Shown: positions 33,249 to 46,420, counted from the stretch's first letter. The stretch is DNA of 64,000 bases from Batkoa obscura (GCA_030770535.1 JASVEC010000025.1:496001-560000), one strand, 5' to 3'. The notes: generated by a model not told the origin, from the sequence alone. Translations and numbers: made by a program.

Positions 33249-34694
33249 TATTATAAAAGTATGTTTGATTTTAAGTTATGTGTTTTTTGAATAAAGCCCA
33301 TTTAATAACCCATTGGAATCATTTTTATATAGTGTTAAGCTTTTAAAATCTATTAAACCTCAAAATACGTATAAACAAGCCATTTAAAATGGCAACGTGT
33401 TTACTTAAACCTCTTATTATATTTGAAGATAAGTATCAATATTTTATATACTTTCCTATTTTGACTATTTTCCTGTTTTTTAAACTTGAAACTAGGACAA
33501 TAAGTATTCAAAATGATTATAGATGTCCATATCCAAACATATCCAAAAAAAAAAGCCTTATACATTAATAAAGACGGAAACCATATATATCAACTATACG
33601 CTGTTACAGTAAACATATCATTTTACTTACTTTAAAAATGTGTCTTTTGATGTTATCATAAAAAATATAAGGATTTTTTCAACCAATAATTTCGCTAATA
33701 ATTTTTGAGGTTTTACATTTTGAAAGCAGGCAAAATATCGGAAGGAAAAAAACACTTCCACCTTTATTAAACGTTTTAATAAACGCTTTTAAAAGGACAG
33801 TAATCTAGCATTTAATCAAAATAAATTATAAAATATAGCTTTTAAAGTGTATAAGCGCCAAACGGATATCAATTAAAAGTGGAATTAATATAAAAATGTA
33901 TAAGATACTCTATCCTACATCATTAAATGATCTATTCTTTTGACTCTAAAAATGAAGCCATTAATTAATTAAGTAAACTAATATCATTCAGAGCTTCAAA
34001 ATCATAAAAACATTTAATAAAAGTATGTATATTAGCAATATCAATTTAAAAGGATTTAGTGTTGATAATTTAAGTATTTGAAATATCAATTTTAATTTTA
34101 TAATATTAATATTCAATAATTACTTTTAATGCTGCAATTGTAAATTTTTATACTACTTTTTAAAATAATTTAACTGTAGGTCGAATTTCTTAAGTTGTTA
34201 TATAGTTTTTAAGGATTAATATTTAATATCATTGTAGCTTGTATTGTTATTTTTAGTTTAAAATTCCAAAGCATTGATTTTATTTTATTTTATTTTTATT
34301 TAGCAATTACTTTAAGCAATTATTATTATTATTTACATAATATAATAAAAATGATGTTAATAAATTTAGATTATTTAATTATAGGTAAAATTATCTTGAA
34401 TCTGACTTCATCCTGTTATTATCTTTTAATATAACAATTAGTATAACAATTTATTTTGTGTATTTTGAGTTGGTAGCTATTTTTATTCAATTTTTGGATT
34501 GTTGATAATTGGATTTTCATATTTTGATATAATATCAGTTTATAGTAACATTATACTAGCTTTTGAAAGTTTACTTTTAATAACAAAAGCATCTATTAAT
34601 ACTAATATTCATAAATTTAAAACAACTTCTCAATATATAAACACCAATATAGTTAACTATAGGTTATAAAAAAATTAAATTCCAAGCTAAAAAT

Positions 34695-34797
34695 ATATGG
34701 GGTATTTTTTTATTTCAACATTTTTTCCATTTTTAAGCGCTATTTGAGCGGAAAGACTGTTAGTAAAATTCTTAAACAAAAAAGTACATCCCCAAAT
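34695..34797. mobile_element. MITE-like element copy
   Basis: ATATGGGGTATTTT...AAGCGCTATTTGAGCGGAAAG...GTACATCCCCA; a solo end (AAAATACATCCCCATAT) follows at ~34923-34939. Confidence 0.82.
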
Positions 34798-35664
34798 TTT
34801 AATACTGAAATAATAAAACACTTATGTTTGTTAATTTGTTAATTATTTTATTCATTTTTTATATAGCAATGGAAGTTAAAGAATTTGATATTAATTTCTA
34901 AATAAAAAAATTCATGTTTTTTAAAATACATCCCCATATTGTACTATACTAGTGATAATAAACTACTCCCTCTAGAACACAATAATTGTCCCATATTATA
35001 GATTACAGCAAAAGTAAATATATTATAATACTCCATCTACTTAAAGCCTCTGAGTAATTCCAAGAGGCAATATTAAAATAAACCTTCACTGTAAAAGATG
35101 CTTAAAATGATAATATATACATATATCAACTTAGTTTATTTATTTATTAATACATTAAATTTGATACGAAAACTGCAAAAATGACATTCACAGTATTCCG
35201 GAGTGAGTATTATAACCTAATCAAAAGAACAACTAAATCAACTTATTTTAATAGTTTAAACTAATTTAAAATGATTTATATTCCTTAATTTGATGATTAC
35301 TTTTGTAATTATTAATATATTAAAATTCAATAAGCATTGAGCGCTATTAAATAAATCGTTATAATATGTCTGATTGGTATATATTAGCTGCAGTAAAATA
35401 AAGCACTTGAACTATAGTAGATTAAAAGCTAAACTCAGGATAATTAACAAATAACGAAGGAATGATAAAAAACCTACTTACTTATCGCTTTGACGTAAAA
35501 CTATTTAAACAAAGTTTGTATTTAAAAGTACAAAAAAAACAATAATGGTAAATCAAAACCTTAAAATTAAAAATCGAGCTTTAGATATTAAAATAAATTG
35601 CAATATAATTTTAAACCAAGGGTAAAAGAATTATAAGTCTAGAAAATAATAAATTTCATAAAAC

Positions 35665-36572
35665 TTAATTCCAGGGTCCAACATCAGATCTTTGACATCC
35701 TTGAGGGCATGAGCATTTACCACCGAACTCTTTAGGTAAATTTTCTAAATCAACATCTTTTTCAAGTACAGATTTATAACTACCACCTAAAAGGTCAATC
35801 TTAGAGAGGGTAACGGGGTCTAAGAAAGGTTTAACTAAACTAAAGACTCCTCTGAATAAAAATGGGGCATTAATAATAACCATCTATGAAAAATAAGCAT
35901 CAAATTACAAAAAACAAACAAAATTTTTACCTTTCCCATCATTTCTGGATAATAATCTTGAGCAATCTTAGCAGTCTCTTTGACAAAAGGAAGTACAGTT
36001 GTTGCTTGAGATAAAGCCACATCTTTTAAGTCTAAGATGGTATAACATTGTTCAATATGTTTACCAGCCTTTTCAGAACAAGCTGGGAATTTCTTATTTT
36101 GCAAAATTTCATAACCAACGATAAAGTGTTTAAGCATTAAATTTAAGGCTTTATCATATTTTACGTTAGCATCCTTTTCATCTGGACAAAGGATATCAAA
36201 CATTTTGTTAACATTTACCTTACCAATTTGCTCAATATAAAGTGGTCGTCCCATCTTATCTACTTGATGATAAAATCTTGGATATATAGCCGTAACTTCT
36301 TCTTCATGAGGTAATTTATATTCTTTAACCAAATTATCAACATCCCATTCCTTTCTCCAATTTTCAAAGTTACTAAGCATCTCAAAAGCAGCGTCTAAAT
36401 TAAACTTACGTGCCCTTAAAAACCTTAATAAAAAATGGTCGTCATGCCTTTCTGGATAAAAGATACCAGCTGCGGTTAAACGTTCTTTAAATTCGGCGAG
36501 AGCTTTTTCTTGGTCTCCGGTGAGGCAGCCAACTCTTCCAGTACCCGGTTTCATTTCAATTACTTTGGACAT
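35665..36572 (-). CDS. SEC14: Sec14 phosphatidylinositol/phosphatidylcholine transfer protein (CRAL-TRIO), 2 exons
   Basis: LLRFLRARKF, YPRFYHQVDKMGRPLYIE, FPACS, ILDLK, QDYYPEMMGK | intron ~35931-35884 | MVIINAP...KPFLDPVT...SDVGPW. Confidence 0.93.
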
Positions 36573-37768
36573 ATTAAAGAGATAAAAGTTTTTTTTTAGT
36601 AGTAACTGATAAACAAATTTAAGTTAAAAATGTCGTTTAGTTGTGGCTTAATATAGTTTAAACTTGCCTTTTATTGGTTTGATTGGAACATGAATAGAAT
36701 AGTATTTGTTGATATTTTATTGGCTTAATTCAGCTTAAAATTTCTAATCCTTCCAATCAAATGTATTATAATAAGTTGGTTCCTAATGCTTGTTCTTGAT
36801 TGTTTCTTAATTAAACTCACCACTCTAATTGAAATTTCTATATGCAATTAATTAAAATATGACTAACCAGATATTTAATTATTTTTACTGTATTGCAAAA
36901 ATTACTCTGATTCAAATGCTTACAAAAATAATTATTATAATTTTACTCTATTCATTATAGTGTTAAAAAATCAGAGTATTAATTTAAGATGAACTCAATA
37001 CTAAGCTGATTTCAAATAGCACTTTCAAATATAACAGTTTATTTACACAACTAAAATAACTGTTATCAAACTAAAATTCATAAAGTAACCTTTATACTTG
37101 GATATCCAATAGTGTATTTTTCCCGTTAAAAGATGTCATTTTAGGTTGATTATTCTGCATTTTCAAATTTACTCAAACTACCTCCGAAATATTACAGTAT
37201 AATAATATAAGAATAAATTGTAGATAGAAGATATAAAACATACAATAAATAAGTATATATCGAAGTTAATAAGCTTTCAGTATGTCTGTCTTTCAGTTAC
37301 TATAATTTGGTTAAATCCTTTATATCCTTTTACATAAACTTCAATTGTAGTTTTTCACATTCAAATGTTATATAGTTTAAAGATAAACTCAATTTAAAAA
37401 TAAAAATTAATTATTTATAACATAAAAAATTATTGTATTAGTTTTTACTACAAGCTATTTTTTAGATTACTTTGATTATTATCTTAGTCGACTATAGTTT
37501 TTTTTAAACTAATACATTTTAATAAACATCTGGTTTGGCATTTTAGAAATAAAAATATTAAAAATAACTTTATCAAAACAAACGCTTATTAAATAACTTG
37601 AGCTGTTCCATCAAAAAAACTAAATAAAAAAGTGTGATACTTAATATCTTTATTTGATTTAGGATTTGAAATTATATTTGATAATTGAAAAAATTATTGA
37701 AGTTGTTATTTTATTTAATCTACAAGTCTTTTCTGTTATTATAAAACAGAAAAATAAAATATATTGAT

Positions 37769-37841
37769 AGCCTAATATGGGGCTCGAACCCATGACCCTG
37801 AGATTAAAAGTCTCATGCTCTACCGACTGAGCTAATCAGGC
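37769..37841 (-). tRNA. tRNA-Lys(TTT)
   Basis: Reverse complement GCCTGATTAGCTCAGTCGGTAGAGCATGAGACTTTTAATCTCAGGGTCATGGGTTCGAGCCCCATATTAGGC. Confidence 0.96.
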
Positions 37842-38344
37842 TCTTGTTGTGTACTATAAAAAAAATATTTAAAGTTTTGAAAAAAGTTTTTATGATCGTC
37901 TTTTACATGTTCCTTGCTAGTTGTAATTGAATTTTTCAAGATTCCCAGCAGCTGTTTGCTGACTTCAATTTCTGGTCGATGATCGGGCCTGCATTTTACT
38001 CGCTTTTATATCTTTTATTGCTGTTCTTTGTTATTCTTTGTTTAGCTTTCAAAGAATAACAGACACGCTTTAAAGCCAATGGATTCTAGCAATCTTTTAA
38101 TTTCCACCAATTCATTCGTTCCTCACAATTTTATGAGCCAATCAAATGTAGTAATTGAAACTTGGTGATTGAATGCTTGAACTTAAACTCCAATTTTTAA
38201 AACACGAAAAAAAACACATTGTCATTGAATTTTGAAATTCAATTTTTAAATTTAATTTTCAATATAAAAAATAAATTGAAATTGAAATTGAAACCATATT
38301 TTTATAACAATTATTTTTTTCATAAAAAATAAAAATAGGACGCG

Positions 38345-40454
38345 ATGAATCAACAGCCAATAGTACGAATAACAAATGTAGCTACTATACCAACGGATGA
38401 ATTATCTCCCCCAGAATCTAATAACCAACGGTATTTAGCACCCTATCCAGCGCCTTCTCATACAGGTAAAGAAAATCCGCTACCAGAGATGACATTATAT
38501 CGAGCCAATTATTCAGGTAAAGAAGTGATGGAAATCGAAATTGATGGTATCAATTGTATGAGACGGTTAGAAGATAGCTGGATCAATGTAACTCAGTTGT
38601 TAAAAGTAGCTGGTTATGAAAAATCAAAAAGGATTAAAGTATTAGAAAAAGAAGTGTTTAATATGAAAGAACATGAAAAGGTACAAGGAGGCTATGGTAA
38701 ATATCAAGGTACTTGGTAAGTCTTGAATCTATTTTGATTTATTTTGAGCTTTTATTAATTTTTTGTAGGATACCTTTTGATGTGGGAGTGCGAATAGCTA
38801 AACGACATGGAGTATATGATAGGGTTAAATTATTATTAGATGTGGATATTAAATACGCTATGAATTTACCCGAAAAAAAATTACCCCATGGTGCCACTGT
38901 AGCTCGAAGAAGTACTTCGGTTCATAATCCTATCACTAAAGTCATTAAAAATAAAGTGAAATCGTTACCAAGATCAAAGAGTGATGGTAAGAGCTTAAGA
39001 GATACATTGTATAAAATAAATCTTAATGCAGCTGTTAAACCAGGCAGTAGTAGTAATAATAGTATACAAGAAAAACAAAAAAAGATGATTCAATTAACAA
39101 AGGAGGCTCAAATGGAAAAGGTGAAAAATTTATGGTTAAGGAATTTTTTAGAGGGGGAAGGCACTGATAATTATTTACCTGATTCTCTTTTGAATACCGA
39201 TACTGGTTTAGTTAATGTTCCTTTGGATACTCATGGTCATACAGCTATCCATTATGCAGCCTCAATGGGAAGATCTAAAGCATTAACACAATTAATTGCT
39301 ATAGGTTATTTACCCAATACTATTTCTAAAACAGGCATAACTCCATTAATGCGATGTGTCATTTATTCTCATTCTTATCAACTTAAAAATTTTGATTGGA
39401 TACTAGCGGAATTAGAATGTAGTTTATTAATTGAAGATAATTCTCATAGAAATGTACTTCATCATTGTGTTATTGCAGGGAACCAAAGACATCATTATCA
39501 AGCTAGTTATTATTATTTAACAAAGATAGTTAATAGTATTCGTGGGTTAGGGTCAAAGTGTCATAAAATTATAAATGGTCAAGATAGCAATATGGATACC
39601 CCTTGTCATTTGGCTGCTAGATTAGAGTATTTTGATATGGTTAAACTATTTTATGATAATGGAGCAAATTTACAGATTAAAAATAGTTCGTTTTTATCCG
39701 TTTTGGATTATTTACCTACTCATGTAAGTTTATTGTTATAATTTAAAAATGGAGATATTAACTTTTTTAGGTTATGGAAAAATATTTCTTACAAGGTAAA
39801 GAACTTGAACAAACAAAAACTCAAGGTCAAGGTCAAGGTCAAGATCAAATCCAAAATGAAAATCAAGAACGAGAACAAGCTCAAACCCAAATTCAAGATC
39901 AGAAGCAATCTCATAGTCAATCTCATAGTCAATCTCATAGTCAATCTCATAGTCAACTTCAAAGCCAAGCCCAAATTCAAAGTGAAGAACAAGAACCATT
40001 CCAAATTGAATATACATCAGATTTACCAAGCAGGATAGAAAGCGATATTAGTAGCCCAGAGCAAGCTTTAAGAGAAAGGATAGCATTGGATTCCAAGATG
40101 GATAGACGGAAAGGGGACTTAATTAGTGGTAAGTTTATAAATTATAAATCATTTTGTAAAAAGTTAATATTTTTATTCTTAGCCGTAGAATTATTCTCTA
40201 AAGAAATGAAAGAAGAACATGAATTTCAATTGCATCAAAAGGATATGCTGATTGAAGATTTAAAAAATCAATTAGAGTTGACCAATAGGAAATTAAAAAA
40301 TATTACGTTGGCCTATAATGCTTCAAGTGCTGTGTTAGCTATAGCTAAGAATACTCCTTCTCTTAGAAAATATTTAATTCCTCCACCTACCCCACAGCAT
40401 AATCCAATAAGGATAGAAAATGAATCAGATGAGTTGGAGTTTGATATGGAATGA
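38345..40454 (+). CDS. APSES/KilA-N + ankyrin-repeat G1/S transcription factor (Mbp1/Swi4/Res family), 4 exons
   Basis: [19 protein letters not shown]...[17 protein letters not shown]; ankyrins [28 protein letters not shown]; introns ~38716-38769, 39724-39770, 40129-40182; C-terminal coiled coil. Confidence 0.9.
39906..39953 (+). repeat. Coding 12-mer tandem repeat (CAATCTCATAGT)x4 = (QSHS)4
   Basis: Four exact units in the Gln-rich linker of the APSES gene. Confidence 0.9.
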
Positions 40455-40619
40455 AGTTGTTAAGTTTATCTCATTTAAAATAGTAGTTGAAAATTGATTT
40501 GGATTTGTATGTTTTAATAAATTAAGTTGAATTATTACCAGTTGAAAATTCATTTATTTTTTATTCATGTTTAAGTCGTCTTTATTTCTTGTTGTTAAAA
40601 ACAAGCTTTAGTCGTCATT

Positions 40620-40830
40620 AGCATAGATGATCTTTTCCTCTATACTCTCCTAAATATTTTGCTTTCCATCTAGACTCCTTATCATAGTCTAATCTATCTT
40701 TCTAACTGTAGTTGCAACACACACAAAGCATCCCTTTAGTCCTATTCTTCCTCCATCTAACAATCTCTTCCCTGGTTGTAAACAACTGGTTTATAGTAAC
40801 CTTGTTTATTTGTAAAAAAAACTAGAACTA
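40620..40830 (-). mobile_element. Possible degenerate non-LTR retrotransposon fragment (zf-RVT-like)
   Basis: Minus-strand frame FLQINKVTINQLFTTREEIVRWRKNRTKGMLCVCCNYS*KDRLDYDKES resembles the NxLxT...RW...CxxC...E..H...C end of LINE ORF2; strong purine skew. Confidence 0.35.
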
Positions 40831-41470
40831 ATAGGGCCTTAGGACAATTAATTAAGTTTTTTCCCCCCTGTTCCTCTACAGATCATAGACACCGTCACTA
40901 ATTCACTTAAACACGCGTCTTTTATCTTTTTACTGCTTTTGTCCATTTAGCAATCTTTTAGATCTTTTATTGAAACAAACATTGTTTTGTACTTGAATTT
41001 CAAAAAAAAGTCAAAACAAAGGATAAGATAAAATAGTCACAATAAGATATTAAATCACTATGCTTTAGAAAAATTTACATAGCTACTTTAGTTGTGTTAT
41101 AGGCTATTTAGTTATTTATGACATTATTATACTAATTGGATTCAAAATATTACTTAATTTCTTATCACTTAACAAGATTGAAAAGAACTTTAGCTGCGGC
41201 TTAATTAATTTGATAATTTATAACATAAGTATGACTTCAATACTTTTCCTTTTGTGAACTTAAAATCCGTAAAAAACCTTGCTTGAATTGCAAAAACAAA
41301 AAAAATCATTCATTTGAATTAATAATCAATTTATTTGTCAATATATTACTTTTGAAGGTAAGTATTTTTATTTGAACATTTTGTCCATTTTTAAGTGCCT
41401 TAAAAATTTAAGCGACTGTCAATTAACTCCATAAATAAAAAACACCACCCGCCTTGAATCAATCAAATAC

Positions 41471-42085
41471 TCAATAAAATAACCACTTAACAAGTGAAAT
41501 AAAGTCTAAGAAAGGGATCATAGCTGCTAATCCTGACATAGCCAAAAAGGTAGCAAAATACAAAGCCCAGATAAGTTGAGAGTCTACCCCATTAATAAAG
41601 AGGAAGCCCATAACCAAAAGGAAGGGCAAGGAAGCATAGGCTAAAAAGTTAAAGAAAACAAATCCTTTTCTAGTGATATTAACGTTATTGGAGCTGTATA
41701 AAAATACTGAATAACTAATTTGATAGATCAAATAGATTAAAAACCACTTATTCATAGCTGTTGAGTTCTCTTTAGGTGAGGGATTAAAGATCAAAGTGAA
41801 TAAAATAGAAGAAATAGTTAACGCTATTTGTGCTAAAGTGATGAATAGATAACTCGTATTGTTGCTTGAGAAATAGCTTAATTCATGGATATTGGCTGGT
41901 TCTGAGATAGAGCCATAATTGTTTTGATTATCTAACTGGCGTTGATTACCTCTGAAATGACTCAGTAAAAAAGTAATAATTGCTAATGGTAAGATATATA
42001 TCAATGGTAAACTGCTTAGGAATAATGTGAATTCTACAATTCCCATGTAGTCGTCGTCATGATTTGATGTGTATTGTAATTTCAT
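41471..42085 (-). CDS. Hypothetical multi-pass membrane protein
   Basis: 204-aa intronless ORF with about five hydrophobic segments; TATAAAAA upstream. No family recognised. Confidence 0.65.
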   Translation of the reverse strand: MKLQYTSNHDDDYMGIVEFTLFLSSLPLIYILPLAIITFLLSHFRGNQRQLDNQNNYGSISEPANIHELSYFSSNNTSYLFITLAQIALTISSILFTLIFNPSPKENSTAMNKWFLIYLIYQISYSVFLYSSNNVNITRKGFVFFNFLAYASLPFLLVMGFLFINGVDSQLIWALYFATFLAMSGLAAMIPFLDFISLVKWLFY

Positions 42086-42203
42086 TTTTAAATTGATTTA
42101 AATGTTGAAACTGTTTCTTTTTATAATTTTGTATTTATTATGTGGGTTTCAACTTAGTAAAATTGGTTTTTGTTTATCCTTACGTTTTAATTGGTAATTC
42201 TGT

Positions 42204-42302
42204 ATTTGGGGATATATTTTTTGTTTAAGAATTTTACCGGTAGCTTTTCCACTCAAACAGTGCTTAAAAAATGGAAAAGGTGAAATAAAAACACCCCCAT
42301 TT
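42204..42302. mobile_element. MITE-like element copy
   Basis: TTGGGGATATATTTTTTGTTTAAGAATTTTAC...TTTTCCACTCAAACAGTGCTT...AAACACCCCCAT. Confidence 0.8.
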
Positions 42303-43440
42303 ATTACCCAAACTTTATGTCATTGTTATCATGTTCTTACTTATTGATTTGTGTTTTTTCCCATTCTTAGGACTTTTGTTTATAAATTTGTTTTTTTCCG
42401 TAAAATTAAATTGTTTATTTGAGCTTATATTTAATAAAAAATTTTATTATATATTTATGGTATCCAGAGAAAACAGCATTTGAAAAGCTAATTCTAGATC
42501 ATACAGTTCTTATAAATATTGATAGCTCTATTTTTCAAGCCTTTATAAATATATATATAAATAATATCCTTCATTACATAAGCTAAAAAGTTCGGAAGTC
42601 CGCCTTTATGTAGTCTAATGTATCTTAACTAATAAAATGAATATTATAAATTTCAAAAATGAACTAAAAATAAAATTAATAATCTGAGTGAATTTAAAAG
42701 TTCTTTTGTTTAATTTCTTACGTAAAAATATGCTTTTTATTTTTATACTATTTATAATCAAATTACTACCTTTTCAATATATTAAAGATCATAAAAAAAG
42801 TTGAACCTTGGGTTTTAGTCAATTTAATATATAAACTTAGTTTATTTATAGGGATTACGTATCTATGGCGGTGTTTACTAAGGTATTATAACAAGCTATA
42901 AAAGATTATAGGAATCTAAAGCTAGTTAAAAATAGATTGAGAACCCAACAATTAAGTTTGTTGTTAATTTATTACAGTAATAAACTATCATAAGTTCAAA
43001 ATATACTATATTTAAAGAAGTAAAAATATCAAATTTATAGAAGTTATTAATTATTCAACATTAAACTACAGTTGAATTATTTAATAAATTGAAAACGTAT
43101 CCAAATGCTTAACAATTTAATAAATTTTTTATGATGACGGTTACTTGCTATTAATATTGCGCTAAATTGGCATACGATTAATAAAAGATAAAAAATTAAA
43201 GAATAATATTTGAGAAGAAAAGTATAATAAACGACAATTAAATATCACCAGGGGCAACTTAATAAAAGGAGACAAATAAATTTATCAAAAACAGAACGGA
43301 TGAGATTTCATAAAAAAAGAATAAACTGAACAAGGGTACCTTTAAAAAAATCTAACTGGGGCACTATTAAACTAAAAACTATAAAAAAACCGCTTATTTA
43401 ACATTTTTTAAAAAAAAACTGAAACTAAAAAAAACACACA

Positions 43441-44601
43441 ATGAAGTTCACTACTAAACTTCTGGTAGGTTTACAAGTGCTCAATTATTATGCTCAAACG
43501 GATAATAGTCGGTCCAGTGATACTCCTCAGGCTCGTATCATTGGTGGAGAAAAGGTATCTGAACCATGGAAATATCCCTTTATGGTATCCTTAAAGAAAT
43601 CCAATTTTCATTTATGTGGTGGTACTTTATTGAATCAAAATCAAGTAATTACAGCAGCCCATTGTACAGGTACTGTAGATAAGTGGACAGTAACTTATGG
43701 TATAAATGATTTAACTAAAAAAGAAGGTGAAGAAAGCTATTCTGGAGTCAAAGTTGAAGTAAGAAAAGTAGCTAAAATAGTTCGTCATCCGGATTATAAT
43801 GGAGATACAGATGATAATGATGTAGCTATCTGGACCTTAGATTCACCATTTAAAAACTTTAAACCAAGTATTAAATTAAATGAAGATGCTAATATTTATA
43901 ACAAAAAAGTATTAGTCTTAGGTTGGGGTTTTACTGCTGAAGGTCAAGATCAAGCTACTCGATTTTTAAATCAAGCCTTTATTACTTTGTTCCCTCAATC
44001 TCAATGTAAAGATTTATATAAAAATATGAAGCTTCGATCTTACGATAGTAAAAAACATTTATGTGCTGGTGAACTTACTGGGGCTAAAGATGCATGTCAA
44101 GGTGACTCTGGTGGTCCCTTAATCCTTGCTGATACAATGGAATTGGTTGGTATCACTAGCTATGGTATTGGTTGTGGTCGTAAAGAGCGTCCTGGTATTT
44201 ATACTAATCTTTTAGAATATTCTGCATTTATTAAAGAAAATTTGATGAATGGTAATACTGATAAACCTAATGAATCTACTCAGCCTAGTCAAACTACTCA
44301 AACTACTCAAACTACTCAAACTACCCAATCTACTCAAACTACTCAGACTACCCAATCTACTCAAGCTACTCAAACTAGTAAAAGTACCCTCACCGCTGCC
44401 CCAACCGCAACAAAATCAAAAATACAAACAGCGTTTTCTACCCAATGGTTTACTATGGGTCCAAGGCCAACTCGAATCAATAATAATCCATGGAGGAATT
44501 TACCCAATGGATGGGAGGTTCAAACTGTACCATTAGTACAAGCTCAGCCCACTTATTATTATCCACAACAACAACCTCAATACTATTATTATTATTATTA
44601 G
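43441..44601 (+). CDS. Secreted trypsin-like serine protease (S1A) with Thr/Gln repeats and Tyr-rich tail
   Basis: Signal/pro-peptide, R-IIGG activation site, CGGTL, TAAHC, NDVA, DACQGDSGGP (Asp189 implies trypsin specificity), PGIY. Confidence 0.95.
   Translation: MKFTTKLLVGLQVLNYYAQTDNSRSSDTPQARIIGGEKVSEPWKYPFMVSLKKSNFHLCGGTLLNQNQVITAAHCTGTVDKWTVTYGINDLTKKEGEESYSGVKVEVRKVAKIVRHPDYNGDTDDNDVAIWTLDSPFKNFKPSIKLNEDANIYNKKVLVLGWGFTAEGQDQATRFLNQAFITLFPQSQCKDLYKNMKLRSYDSKKHLCAGELTGAKDACQGDSGGPLILADTMELVGITSYGIGCGRKERPGIYTNLLEYSAFIKENLMNGNTDKPNESTQPSQTTQTTQTTQTTQSTQTTQTTQSTQATQTSKSTLTAAPTATKSKIQTAFSTQWFTMGPRPTRINNNPWRNLPNGWEVQTVPLVQAQPTYYYPQQQPQYYYYYY
44290..44379 (+). repeat. Coding 9-mer repeat (CAAACTACT)n = (QTT/QST)x10
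   Basis: Ten imperfect units in the protease C-terminal linker. Confidence 0.85.
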
Positions 44602-45121
44602 TTTCTAGTTTTTTTTAATTAAACTATAAAATAGGATTTTGGAGGTTATATATATTTTTTTTCTAATTGAACAGCTGTGCTTTTTAATAATAAATATGTT
44701 TTAATTTTAGTTACTTATTGATTTTATTAGTTATTCACTGTCTTCATTTTATTAAGTATTAAAGTGTTAGACCATGACCAAATACCAAATTACTATATTT
44801 TTATGTTGAGATTACTACTTCTAAAAGACAACGATGCTCGTTTAACAAACCCAAAGCTCAAATTTTGCTTTGTTCAGCTTGATGTTAAAGTACTTTGAGT
44901 TAATAATGAAGAAAAATAATGATAGAAACCTTATCTTTAAAATAAGATAAAACTTTAATATAAGATTACTAATAAAAATTTCTATTATATAATAGAAACT
45001 GTAGCATTTTTTAAAGAGTATCCGGTTGTAAAATTTTTATTTTCATACTATCAAAATCCTGTTTATCTACCTTTCCCTATTATAATATAGGTACTAAGAT
45101 TATTTTAAATAAATATGTGTA

Positions 45122-45227
45122 ATATGGAGATGTATTTTTTTGTTTAAGAATTTTACTAATAGCTTTTCCACTTAAATAGCGCTTAAAAAATGGAAAAAGT
45201 AATGAAATAAAAAAAACGCCCCCATAT
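45122..45227. mobile_element. MITE-like element copy
   Basis: ATATGGAGATGTATTTT...AAATAGCGCTTAAAAAATGGAAAAAG...AAACGCCCCCATAT. Confidence 0.85.
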
Positions 45228-46079
45228 ATACTAGTTGCACTAATTGATCTAACTAAAACCAATTTTTTTAAATATTTCAAATTACTATTTAAATAATAAA
45301 AATAAGTAAACAAAAGTTATACTATTAAAATCCTTGCTTATTAAAGTTTAAATTGATATATTATAAAGTTAGATAAGTAATTAAAATAAATTTTGCATTT
45401 TACATTTTTAAAAAAGCAAAAAATAAAATAAAATAAAATAAAAAATACTATCAATAACATATATATATTTAAAAAAAAAGTTAATAAAATACTTATTTTA
45501 ATAAAATTAATAATAAAAAAGTATACAGTATAAATATATTTTAGCTTTTAGGCATTTTAGTTAAGTTTTAATAGTTATTTCTTATTAATAACTCACCAAA
45601 ACTTTAAAATCACTGCTAAAACTAAAAAAATAATACAAAATTTTACAAAATTTAAGTTAAAAACTATTTCAAATTAATAAAAAGAGCTTAGATTTTTAAT
45701 ATTATCATTATGGCAGCTTATATTGTTATTATAATAAAAGGAACTTTTTTCTAATCAATAAAGTATTCATTTATTTTAAAAAATATATATTAATACTAAC
45801 ATTTTCCATTCAATTTTAATTTATTTTGTTTTAAAAGGGCAAGGGTTTCAAAATTGCAAAATTTGTTCCAACCATCTATCTAACTTTAAATAATAATAAA
45901 GTATATAGTTTTATAATAAATAATAGCTTTTTGATATACAACTTTAATTGTTAATCCACAAAGATTTTAAAGGTATTATTTTTATTGTCTATTTAAAGTG
46001 TTATAATTAAATGTAAAAATTGTCATTCAGTTAGATCAATAAGTGGGACTAGTGTATCAAAATTTACAAATTAAAATAC

Positions 46080-46156
46080 TTATTTTTTGGGTTTCATTTT
46101 AATTTTATACACTTTAAGCGCTTGAGATTAGAAAAATTATTAGTAAAACTAAACAG
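46080..46156. mobile_element. Degenerate MITE-like remnant
   Basis: TTTTTTGGGTTTCATT...TTTAAGCGCT...AAAAATTATTAGTAAAA follows the family core; terminal repeats lost. Confidence 0.45.
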
Positions 46157-46179
46157 AGAATAATAATTCCTGCAAAATT

Positions 46180-46251
46180 GGGCTCAGCAGGGAATTGAAC
46201 CCTGGACCTCTCGCACCCAAAGCGAGAATCATACCACTAGACCACTAAGCC
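46180..46251 (-). tRNA. tRNA-Pro(TGG)
   Basis: Reverse complement GGCTTAGTGGTCTAGTGGTATGATTCTCGCTTTGGGTGCGAGAGGTCCAGGGTTCAATTCCCTGCTGAGCCC. Confidence 0.96.
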
Positions 46252-46420
46252 AGCTTAACATTAAAGTAAGTGAAATAAAAATAAAATATATACCTCATTA
46301 AATCAACAAAATGTTATTAAAATAAGTATTTTTCGAAAAAGATTCTAAAATTGAATTGTAAAAAAAGTAATACAAAATTTAAAACTTTTTTAAATAGATT
46401 TGAATTTTTTTTTAGAAAAG

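Noticed and set aside
37885..38000. Possible snRNA (GTCTTTTAC loop-like and AATTTCTGG Sm-like motifs)
   Set aside because: The U5 loop consensus GCCTTTTAC and its stem are not matched; more likely tRNA flank or promoter sequence.
39772..40038. Repetitive ORFs (EIDY)n, (MRLT)n and (NLIV)n
   Set aside because: Other-frame readings of the (QSHS)4 repeat in the APSES gene.
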